Shown: positions 9,713-17,673 of the stretch, piece after piece
Position numbering within the stretch: the stretch's first letter is position 1
How the letters are laid out: the number at the start of each line of letters is the position of its first letter
DNA from: Candidatus Helarchaeota ASGARD archaeon Hel_GB_B
Lineage (GTDB): Archaea > Asgardarchaeota > Lokiarchaeia > Helarchaeales > HEL-GB-B
Direction of reading: 5' to 3'
Length of the DNA stretch: 32,000 nt
Assembly: GCA_005191425.1 (NCBI GenBank)
Contig: SUPR01000031.1
Coordinates: forward strand, 3,823-35,822
The notes under the pieces: generated by a model
The model's database searches: none
The model's input: the letters and a program-made list of their open reading frames with translations, nothing else
What the model was told of the DNA's origin: nothing
Program-made: the position numbers and the translations under genes

Positions 9713-10585
9713 ATGTTTAAAGGGCTGTTTATAATTGAAAATGATAATATTATATATAGTTTAGCTTTACAACAAAACATTTTTAATGTTGGTTATGATT
9801 ATTACTATGATTTTTTAAAGACTTCAGCAGATTGGGAAGAAAGACATGATTCAGAGATGATTTTTGATGTAATAGCTGGAAATGTCTGTTTATATTACAA
9901 ATATATCCAAAATTATAATTTAATTTTAGTAATAATTGTGGATTTATATAATAAAGGAGAGCAGATTAAGGAGATTTTTCGGGAGGTCAGTTCAATTTTA
10001 GAAGATAAATCTTTAGACCTTTTAAAGGATGACGCCCGTTTTAAGACATTTACGCAACTATTTTTAACATTTCAAGAACATATTCCAATTAAAATTTCAC
10101 TTGTCGGGTTTGGAGGGGTCGGAAAAACGACTATATTGAAATTACTAAAAGAACAAGAACTCCCTACTACCCATAATCCAACGATATTAGCCGATATTAC
10201 GCAATATAATTTAAATGGTATTCATTTCAATTTTTGGGATTTTGCAGGACAAGTTGCTTATAAAAATGTCTGGCCGAAACTAATTAATAAATCAGATTTG
10301 GTCATTGTAGTTACTGATTCTTCGCAGAAAAATGTATCTTTATCAAAATTTTTTCTTGATTTAATTTTAAACATTGTACCTTATTCTAAAAAAATTATCA
10401 TCGCAAATAAACAAGACACGCCAAATGCTATAGATGTACCACGTATTAATCAAATTTTAGGAGAAAATACTATTCCATTTGTTGCTATTGACCCAAATTA
10501 TAGATCAATTCTCTTAGAAAATATTTTTAATGCTTTAAACTTAATAACAGAGGGAGAACAAATTGTGATTCAATCAAATTATTAA
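9713..10585 (+). CDS. Small GTPase (Arf/Rab/Roc-like) with N-terminal longin-like domain
   Basis: G1 GFGGVGKTT, G2 PTI, G3 WDFAGQ, G4 NKQD. The N-terminal ~125 aa show a beta-beta-alpha-beta-beta-beta-alpha-alpha pattern consistent with a longin fold. AGGTG SD at 9703-9707. Confidence 0.8.
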   Translation: MFKGLFIIENDNIIYSLALQQNIFNVGYDYYYDFLKTSADWEERHDSEMIFDVIAGNVCLYYKYIQNYNLILVIIVDLYNKGEQIKEIFREVSSILEDKSLDLLKDDARFKTFTQLFLTFQEHIPIKISLVGFGGVGKTTILKLLKEQELPTTHNPTILADITQYNLNGIHFNFWDFAGQVAYKNVWPKLINKSDLVIVVTDSSQKNVSLSKFFLDLILNIVPYSKKIIIANKQDTPNAIDVPRINQILGENTIPFVAIDPNYRSILLENIFNALNLITEGEQIVIQSNY

Positions 10586-10652
10586 ATTTCTACTTTTAAT
10601 GCCATTTATTTAATCTGAAAAATATTTAAAAATGTAAATACAATTAATTACT

Positions 10653-11708
10653 ATGGAATTTTGGAAAAAATTTTTTATATTTGTTGGAATTCCATTCTTG
10701 ATTTTTTATATTTTTATGATCATAATATATTTTGCGTTTCTTAGCAGTATTTGGTTAGTCGCGTTAATTGTGGGCGTATTTTGTCTCCGTAAAAACAGAA
10801 TATGGTGAAGGCTTAGTAAATTATCAATAGCAATGTTCATTTGTGTTTTTATTTTAATTTCAAATCCGATTTACTGGCCTTCACAAATTTATAGACACTT
10901 AGATACTTCTACAATTATTACTCCTAACGCCCCGGCAGTTCAACATCTTAATGATACATCACAATTTTGGGCATACATAAATTCCACTTATGGAATAAAT
11001 GGACCATGTTACAAATCCTTAACTGATTATCAAAAAGTCCATTTGGTGGAACATTTTATCTTAGACAAAATTCAATATTTAAATATCCAATATATTTGGT
11101 TTGTAATTGACTATGTTGCAACTCCTACAGAAGTTTTAGAACGAGGAGTAGGCGATTGTCAGCATCGGACAGTTGTAATGGTCTCATTTCTTATTTACTT
11201 AGGATTTGATGCGTATTGTGCGGAGTGCCCATTGCATTGGTATCCAGTTGTATTTTTAAAAAATGGTTCTATTACTTATTTATATCATGTAAATTGGACG
11301 CAACCTGAAATCTTGATTAATGACCATAACAAAATTTTTTTAATGGATTTACCAACGAGACTTTATGACGCTCTAACCCATTTTTCACTCAATGAACCGT
11401 TAAATGCTCTATTAAACACGCCGTTTTTCTGGATTATATTGATCCCTCTTTCTTTTGGTATGTCCGGATCTTTAGTATTAATTATAAAAACATCAGGAAA
11501 CCCATCAAAAAAGAAAAACTTATACAATATTTTATTTGGTGGAATATCACTAATAATTGGTTTATTATTTACTACGATTTTAGGTAATATCTACATTCCA
11601 ATAAGTTTAACTATAATACTTATTACAATAATTATAACAGTCCAATTAATTAGCCATAATTTTTTTCTATTTAGAAAATTAAGCAGAAACAATAAGAATG
11701 TAAGTTAA
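10653..11708 (+). pseudogene. Membrane transglutaminase-like (Cys-His) protein, paralog 1, interrupted by in-frame TGA at 10806-10808
   Basis: ATG 10653 gives MEFWKKFFIFVGIPFLIFYIFMIIIYFAFLSSIWLVALIVGVFCLRKNRIW*RLSKLSIAMFICVF..., colinear with the intact paralog (MIWRKLFIFLGIPLLIFYIF...CLRKNKFWRRTTKMSIALF). The ORF-track Met 10833 is internal. GDCQ and HWY motifs intact. Confidence 0.8.
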
Positions 11709-11768
11709 TTTCATTCATTTATTATTCTTTGATAATATTTAAAAATCTCTTTAATCTAAACGATATTT

Positions 11769-12848
11769 ATGATTTGGCGTAAGTTATTCATTTTCTTAGG
11801 AATTCCTCTTTTGATATTTTATATTTTCATGATGACAATTTATTTTGGATTTATAAGCACGATTTGGTTTATAGCTTTATTAGTAGGGCTTAGCTGTTTA
11901 AGGAAAAATAAATTTTGGAGGAGGACGACAAAAATGTCCATAGCCCTTTTTATATTTATGTTTATATTAATATCAAATCCGTTATATTGGCCACAGCAAA
12001 TTATGCGACATTTAAATACTTCTTTAATAATAACGCCAAACGCACCGGCTATACAACAATTGAACGGGACATCTCCGGGTACCTTTTGGTATTACATGAA
12101 TACTACCCATAATGTTAATTCTTCTTTTTTTTATAACAATTTAAATGAACCCCAACAATTACACTATATAGAAGAATATGTCTTATGGAAAATTAAATAT
12201 ACATATATTTATAACGTCTATGGAGTAATTGATTACGTAGCAACTCCTACAGAGGCGCTCCAAGTAGGGACTGGAGATTGTCAGTCTAGAACAGTGGTCA
12301 TGACTTCTTTTTTGATATATTTAGGATATGATGCTTGGGCAGTAGAAACCCCCTTTCATTGGTATACTCGAGTTTATTTAACTAATGGGTCATATATATA
12401 TCTTTATCGTCATAATGGGACTGATCCCATTGTTAGAATAAATGACCATTCAGTAATTTTTGAAAAAAACGTATTTGAAATATCTTTATTAATTTTACAA
12501 CATAAAAAAATAAACGACCCTATTAATTATTTTATAAGACAGCCGATATTTTGGACGGTTTTAATTCCATTATCGTTTTTAATAGCATATATATTTGTAT
12601 TAATAATTAGGACCTCTGGAGTTCCAACACAGAAAAAGAAGATGACGAATATCTTGTTTGGTGGGACATTCTTAAACCTTGCATTTTTATTTATTTTAGC
12701 CATTTCGAGTCTATACCCACCAATCTCCGCAACATTATTATTAATTACAATAATTCTAGAAGTACAATTAATTAGTCACAATTTTTTTATGGCACCAGAG
12801 GCAGTTGATTTGGAAAATAGTAATAATAAATTGAAAGAAGGAAAATAA
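11769..12848 (+). CDS. Membrane transglutaminase-like cysteine protease-fold protein, paralog 2
   Basis: DYVATPTEALQVGTGDCQSRTVVMTSFLIYLG...HWY motif; hydrophobic segments at both ends; sequons NTS, NGT, NTT, NSS, NGS, NGT in the central domain. Confidence 0.8.
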   Translation: MIWRKLFIFLGIPLLIFYIFMMTIYFGFISTIWFIALLVGLSCLRKNKFWRRTTKMSIALFIFMFILISNPLYWPQQIMRHLNTSLIITPNAPAIQQLNGTSPGTFWYYMNTTHNVNSSFFYNNLNEPQQLHYIEEYVLWKIKYTYIYNVYGVIDYVATPTEALQVGTGDCQSRTVVMTSFLIYLGYDAWAVETPFHWYTRVYLTNGSYIYLYRHNGTDPIVRINDHSVIFEKNVFEISLLILQHKKINDPINYFIRQPIFWTVLIPLSFLIAYIFVLIIRTSGVPTQKKKMTNILFGGTFLNLAFLFILAISSLYPPISATLLLITIILEVQLISHNFFMAPEAVDLENSNNKLKEGK

Positions 12849-12849
12849 T

Positions 12850-13500
12850 ATGACAGATTGTTCAGATTGTACCAAAAATAAATGTTTATTTGGTCCTAAA
12901 AATAAAGATCCAAATTGTATGATGAATCAATATCCAGATGCAATAAAAAATGCTAGAGAAATATATGAAAAAGATGTAGAAATTAAAGAGTGGGTCAAAG
13001 TCGCTAGTATTGTAGAGGCAACTGGTTATTGTGAATGGCCTAGATTAAAAGATACTATAGAATTCGCCAAAGGAATGAACTTTAAGAAAATAGGAATTGC
13101 GTGCTGTATAGGACTATTGAATGAAGCTAAAGAAATAACTCAAATTTTAACTAACTATGGATTTGATGTCCACGTAGTAATGTGTAAAGTAGGGGGTTTT
13201 AAAAAGTCAGATTTGGGAGTCCCACAAGATTGTATTATGACATCAAAAACTGGATATCTTATTGGCACTATATCATGTAATCCAGCAGCGCAAGCTCTAA
13301 TTTTGAATGAAATCGATACAGACCTAAATATAATCGTAGGTTTATGCGTTGGACATGATATGATTTTCACGAAATTATCAAAAGCACCAGTAACTACCCT
13401 AATAGCAAAAGATAGGCGACTCCAGCATAATCCAGCAGCTATTTTATATACTCATTATGGGAGAAGTTTTATTCAGAAAGATCTTTCACTCCTAAAATAA
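12850..13500 (+). CDS. DUF1847-family Cys-rich putative metal-binding protein
   Basis: CSDC..C N-terminus; KIGIACCIGL, CKVG, CNPAAQALILN..TDLNIIVGLCVGHD..F.K.S.APVT.LIAKDR. Confidence 0.85.
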   Translation: MTDCSDCTKNKCLFGPKNKDPNCMMNQYPDAIKNAREIYEKDVEIKEWVKVASIVEATGYCEWPRLKDTIEFAKGMNFKKIGIACCIGLLNEAKEITQILTNYGFDVHVVMCKVGGFKKSDLGVPQDCIMTSKTGYLIGTISCNPAAQALILNEIDTDLNIIVGLCVGHDMIFTKLSKAPVTTLIAKDRRLQHNPAAILYTHYGRSFIQKDLSLLK

Positions 13501-13534
13501 ATTTCTAAAATTGAAAATTTGGGGCATTTACCAA

Positions 13535-14710
13535 ATGAAAAAAATTGCTTCCAATAAATTAGATAATATAAAAACTTCAATATTTTCAATTATGACTGAG
13601 ATGGCTAATAAATATAATGCAATTAACTTATCTCAAGGGTTCCCAGATTTTCCTGGTCCTGAATTTCTGAAGGATGCTGCATGTAAGGCAATTCGAGAAA
13701 ATAAAAATCAATACGTCCCGTCTATTGGAATTCCTGAGCTCCGAGAAGCAATTTCAAGAAAATATAAGCGCTTCTATAACTTAGATTTTGACCCTAATAC
13801 TGAAATTACTGTTTTTTCAGGGGCTACAGAAGCTTTATACAGTACATTATCGGGTATTTTAAATTCTGGAGATGAAGTTATATTATTAGAGCCATGTTAT
13901 GATGCTTATGCACCAGTTTGTGATTTTAATTATTCAAAACCTAAATATATAAGATTAGAATATCCCGACTTTAAAATTAGTCAAGGACAAATACAAGAAG
14001 CATTCAATGAAAATACAAAATGTATAATAATTAACACACCAAATAACCCTACGAGCAGAGTTTTTGATAAAAATGAATTAAAATTGATAGGCGATCTTTG
14101 TGTTGAAAATGACTGCTATATTATTACTGATGAAGTATATGAACATATTACATTTGAGAAAACACACACACCAATGGCAAGTATTAAGGGATTAAAAGAT
14201 CGCGTAATAACTATATCATCTACCGCAAAAACCTTTAGTCTAACTGGCTGGAAAATTGGGTTCGCTCTAGCTGATGAAGATATTACTAGACCCATAAGAA
14301 ATTTTCATCAATTTGTTACTTTTTGTACTCCAGGACCATTTCAGTATGCTATGGCTGAAGCAATGGATCTTAAACCCAATGACCCTTACTTTAAAAATTT
14401 AAAAGAGCAATATCTTGAACGTCGTAATTTATTAAATTCTAAACTTATTGAAGTCGGCCTTAAAACCATCCCTACTGAAGGTACCTATTATATTGTGGCG
14501 GATATAAGTTCATTTAAAATAACTAATGATGTAGAATTTTGCGAATTTTTAACTAAAAAGATTGGAGTTGCAGCAATTCCAATGAGTGCCTTTTATTATC
14601 ATGAAAATAAGGTCGATAAATTAATTCGTTTTTGTTTCTCTAAAAAGATCGAGAACTTAGAAATGGCTGCAGAAAGACTGGAAAATTTAAAAAGTTATTT
14701 AAAAGAATAA
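13535..14710 (+). CDS. PLP-dependent aminotransferase class I/II (YbdL/kynurenine aminotransferase-like)
   Basis: AINLSQGFPDF, GATEAL, NTPNNPT, DEVYEH, SSTAKTFSLTGWKIG (PLP Lys), RFCFSK. ATG at 13535 preferred over the TTG at 13511. Confidence 0.92.
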   Translation: MKKIASNKLDNIKTSIFSIMTEMANKYNAINLSQGFPDFPGPEFLKDAACKAIRENKNQYVPSIGIPELREAISRKYKRFYNLDFDPNTEITVFSGATEALYSTLSGILNSGDEVILLEPCYDAYAPVCDFNYSKPKYIRLEYPDFKISQGQIQEAFNENTKCIIINTPNNPTSRVFDKNELKLIGDLCVENDCYIITDEVYEHITFEKTHTPMASIKGLKDRVITISSTAKTFSLTGWKIGFALADEDITRPIRNFHQFVTFCTPGPFQYAMAEAMDLKPNDPYFKNLKEQYLERRNLLNSKLIEVGLKTIPTEGTYYIVADISSFKITNDVEFCEFLTKKIGVAAIPMSAFYYHENKVDKLIRFCFSKKIENLEMAAERLENLKSYLKE

Positions 14711-14714
14711 TAAT

Positions 14715-15140
14715 TTATTTCATTGGAAATACTATTTTAAAATCGCCCGAAGTTACTTTTTTTCCATTATTTTTTTCAACTACATATATACCATAAATTA
14801 TTTTTGAATTATTTTTATTTTCTATTTTTGTTATTGTTCCTTTATGGATAATTTCTTCATTCAAATAGATTGGATTTTCAAATTTAACAGAAATTTTTTT
14901 TATACTAGAAATATCTCCACTCCAATTGATCAACCATTTAGGTATATAGCTAAAAGTGAAATTTCCTGCTACTACAATGTCTTTAAATCCTAATTTTTGA
15001 GCATAATTCTTATTAAAATGTAAAGGATTAATTTCATTTATTAGCCTATTATATTTCTTATAAATCTCTTTTCTAATTTTTACTTTATAAGGAGGTATCT
15101 TATCACCTACTTTAATTTTATCTATTTCTGATTTGTCCAT
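14715..15140 (-). CDS. MaoC-family hot-dog dehydratase (HadB-like)
   Basis: INEINPLHFNKNYAQKLGFKDIVVAG hydratase-2-like motif; FENPIY..E.I...G.I.. Confidence 0.8.
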   Translation of the reverse strand: MDKSEIDKIKVGDKIPPYKVKIRKEIYKKYNRLINEINPLHFNKNYAQKLGFKDIVVAGNFTFSYIPKWLINWSGDISSIKKISVKFENPIYLNEEIIHKGTITKIENKNNSKIIYGIYVVEKNNGKKVTSGDFKIVFPMK

Positions 15141-15155
15141 TTTATTTCACCAAAT

Positions 15156-15671
15156 CTAATCTAATTTAAAAAAGAATTCATGGTTGTCAATTGCACAAAT
15201 TTTTTCATTCTCATTTAAAATATATAATTTAAATACAACTGAATAATAATTTCCTTTAGAACCTGTTTTCTTTACTGGATTGTCTACTTTAATTTTAATT
15301 TTATAGCTATGATTAACAACAATAGGTTTAATAAATTCAAGAATTGATCCTACATGAATTACACCTTTAATTATTCCAGGCAGAAGTTCAGGCCCACCTT
15401 TAATAAAAATTTCTTGAGTGACTGGACAGGTTAAATTCATTATATATTCAAGTGGGACTAACTTATCAGAAAAGCCAGCTTGAATGGCGTAGTCTTTATC
15501 ATTATATAAAAGATTGTTATCGTCAATATAAGTTAAAAATTTTTTGATCTCTTTTTCATTAGGGACAACATCGACCATTCCCATATTTGTAATTATTTCG
15601 TTAATTATACTTGTAAATTTAGTTAGTTTTGAATATTCATCTCCATTCATTTTATTCTCGTCCAGATTCAT
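15156..15671 (-). CDS. MaoC_dehydratase_N / HadA-like hot-dog protein
   Basis: IKKF..IDDNNLLY.D..YA..AGF...VP, IHVG..LEF.KPI, KTGSKG. 15 nt from the MaoC gene. Confidence 0.75.
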   Translation of the reverse strand: MNLDENKMNGDEYSKLTKFTSIINEIITNMGMVDVVPNEKEIKKFLTYIDDNNLLYNDKDYAIQAGFSDKLVPLEYIMNLTCPVTQEIFIKGGPELLPGIIKGVIHVGSILEFIKPIVVNHSYKIKIKVDNPVKKTGSKGNYYSVVFKLYILNENEKICAIDNHEFFFKLD

Positions 15672-15850
15672 TCTTTAAAATTTTTAATTTTATTATTTAA
15701 TTTATAATTTTGAAATTAATAATTTAAATTAATCCTTTAATCATATATTTATTAAATTTAAATTCACAAATATTTTAATTATAATAACATATATCCACAA
15801 TTAGTAAATTTGATAAAATTTTAATATGTAATTTAGGTTGGAAGAATATA

Positions 15851-16681
15851 ATGACTCGACTAAAAATAGGACTTGCTCAAATAGCTCCAAAATTGGGTGC
15901 AGTAAAGCAAAATTTAGACAAACATTTAGAAATAATTGAAAATGCTAAAAATCAAAAAGTAGACCTTTTAATATTCCCTGAACTCTCATTATGTGGTTAT
16001 TATGCAAAAGATATGTATTATGAAATACTTCCAAAAGTTAAAAATGCCATAGATACAATATGTAAAAATTGTGGAAACTTGACTATAATATTAGGGATTA
16101 TTGAAGAAAATAAACGAATTAGAGGAGTTTTACATAACTCTGCAGTAGTAATTGAAAATGGTAAAGTTGTAGGGACTACTCAAAAAGTTTATTTACCGGA
16201 TTATGGAATGTTTGAAGATATGAAATACTTTAAACCGGGAAATAAAATAAAAGTTTTTAAGACTAGAAAATGTATTTTAGGAATTGCTATTTGTGAAGAT
16301 TTCTGGCACCCAGAAGTTGTCCATGCAATCGCTCTAAAAGGAGCAGAAATCGCTGTCTTGATCTCTGCTTCACCATTTATGTCTCGAGAAATCGGTGAAA
16401 TGCTGAATAAAATACGGGCAATTGAAAACACAATTTTTATTGCATATGTTAATAACGCAGGAGCTCAAGAAGGAATTGTTTTTTGGGGGGGGTCTGAGAT
16501 TGTTTCTCCAAATGGTAATGTATTAGTAAAAGCCAATTATGTTGAAGAAGATTTTAAAGTTTGTGAAATTGATTTGAATGATATTCCACGCGTTAGGGCA
16601 GGAATGCCTATATTAAGAGATGCCAGAAAAGCTATCTTAGAAGAATTGTTAAAAGCTCATGGTGAATTGAATGAAGATTGA
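15851..16681 (+). CDS. Nitrilase-fold glutaminase (carbon-nitrogen hydrolase), stand-alone partner of NAD synthetase
   Basis: E-K-C triad in FPELS, QKVYLPDYGMFED and ICEDFW; FWGGS. Overlaps nadE by 11 nt. Confidence 0.88.
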   Translation: MTRLKIGLAQIAPKLGAVKQNLDKHLEIIENAKNQKVDLLIFPELSLCGYYAKDMYYEILPKVKNAIDTICKNCGNLTIILGIIEENKRIRGVLHNSAVVIENGKVVGTTQKVYLPDYGMFEDMKYFKPGNKIKVFKTRKCILGIAICEDFWHPEVVHAIALKGAEIAVLISASPFMSREIGEMLNKIRAIENTIFIAYVNNAGAQEGIVFWGGSEIVSPNGNVLVKANYVEEDFKVCEIDLNDIPRVRAGMPILRDARKAILEELLKAHGELNED

Positions 16682-17501
16682 ACTACCTTTGGATTGTGAA
16701 TTAACTGCAAAAGCCATTAGAACTTTTATAAAAGATTATATGGATAGAATTGGTATTAAAAAAGCAGTTGTAGGATTATCTGGTGGAATTGATTCAACTG
16801 TTACGGCATATTTAGCGGTTGAAGTTTTCGGAAAAGAGAATTTGCTTGGTCTTATTATGCCTTCGAATGCAAATACTAAATTGGATACTGAACATGGCCT
16901 ATTGGTCGCTAAAAATTTAAACATCAGATATAAAGTCATTCCAATTCAAGATATGGTCGATGCATTCGAAAAAAATGTTGGAGTTAATGAAATAGATAAA
17001 GTATCTCGTGGAAATATTATGGCACGATGTAGAATGATTTTACTTTATTTTTGGGCAAATTTAGAAAGAGCAGTAGTATTAGGAACAAGCGATAAAACTG
17101 AACTACTTTTAGGATATTTTACTAAATATGGTGATGGTGGATCAGATATTATGGTAAATGCTAGTCTATATAAGACCCAAGTAAAAAAAATGGGCGCATA
17201 TTTAGGAGTCCCTCAAGCAATTATTGATAAACCACCTACAGCAGGACTATGGAAAGGTCAAACAGCTGAAGGTGAAATTGGTATTACCTATGAAATTATT
17301 GATAATATCTTATACCATTTGCTTGAATTACGATATTTACCTGGACAAGTAATTAATGAATGCGGAATGAACCCTTCCGATGTGGAAAAAGTTTTAAAAA
17401 TGATACGTAATTCTGAACATAAAAGACAAACACCTAGATACCCAAAAATCGGATATAGAGAAATTAACTGGGATTATAGGTACCCTGTAGAACGCTCCTA
17501 A
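16671..17501 (+). CDS. nadE: NAD+ synthetase
   Basis: VVGLSGGIDS PP-loop, GNIMARCRM, GTSDKTELLLGYFTKYGDG, KPPTAGLW, SEHKR. GGTGA SD at 16661-16665. Confidence 0.95.
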   Translation: MKIELPLDCELTAKAIRTFIKDYMDRIGIKKAVVGLSGGIDSTVTAYLAVEVFGKENLLGLIMPSNANTKLDTEHGLLVAKNLNIRYKVIPIQDMVDAFEKNVGVNEIDKVSRGNIMARCRMILLYFWANLERAVVLGTSDKTELLLGYFTKYGDGGSDIMVNASLYKTQVKKMGAYLGVPQAIIDKPPTAGLWKGQTAEGEIGITYEIIDNILYHLLELRYLPGQVINECGMNPSDVEKVLKMIRNSEHKRQTPRYPKIGYREINWDYRYPVERS

Positions 17502-17673
17502 ATGAAAATTATTATTATAATTTAAAATTTTTTATAATGATTAACTCTATTTTTTCCCCTAAATTATAATTTACTATTTTTTCCAATATTATTATCTTTA
17601 TTTGATAATTTTAAATATTAAATGACTTGAAAAATATTCAAATAAACATATTTATCAATAAAATAAAATTATT

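Noticed and set aside
10806-10808. TGA reassigned (Trp/Gly code) or read as selenocysteine
   Set aside because: TGA ends ordinary genes in this window (6846-6848, 7318-7320, 17674-17676), the paralog has Arg at the aligned site, and no SECIS-like hairpin was recognised.
16479-16492. T6-G8 homopolymer run as a phase-variation or frameshift site
   Set aside because: It encodes the conserved nitrilase F-W-G-G motif in an intact frame and is about 180 nt from the nadE overlap; no evidence of slippage.
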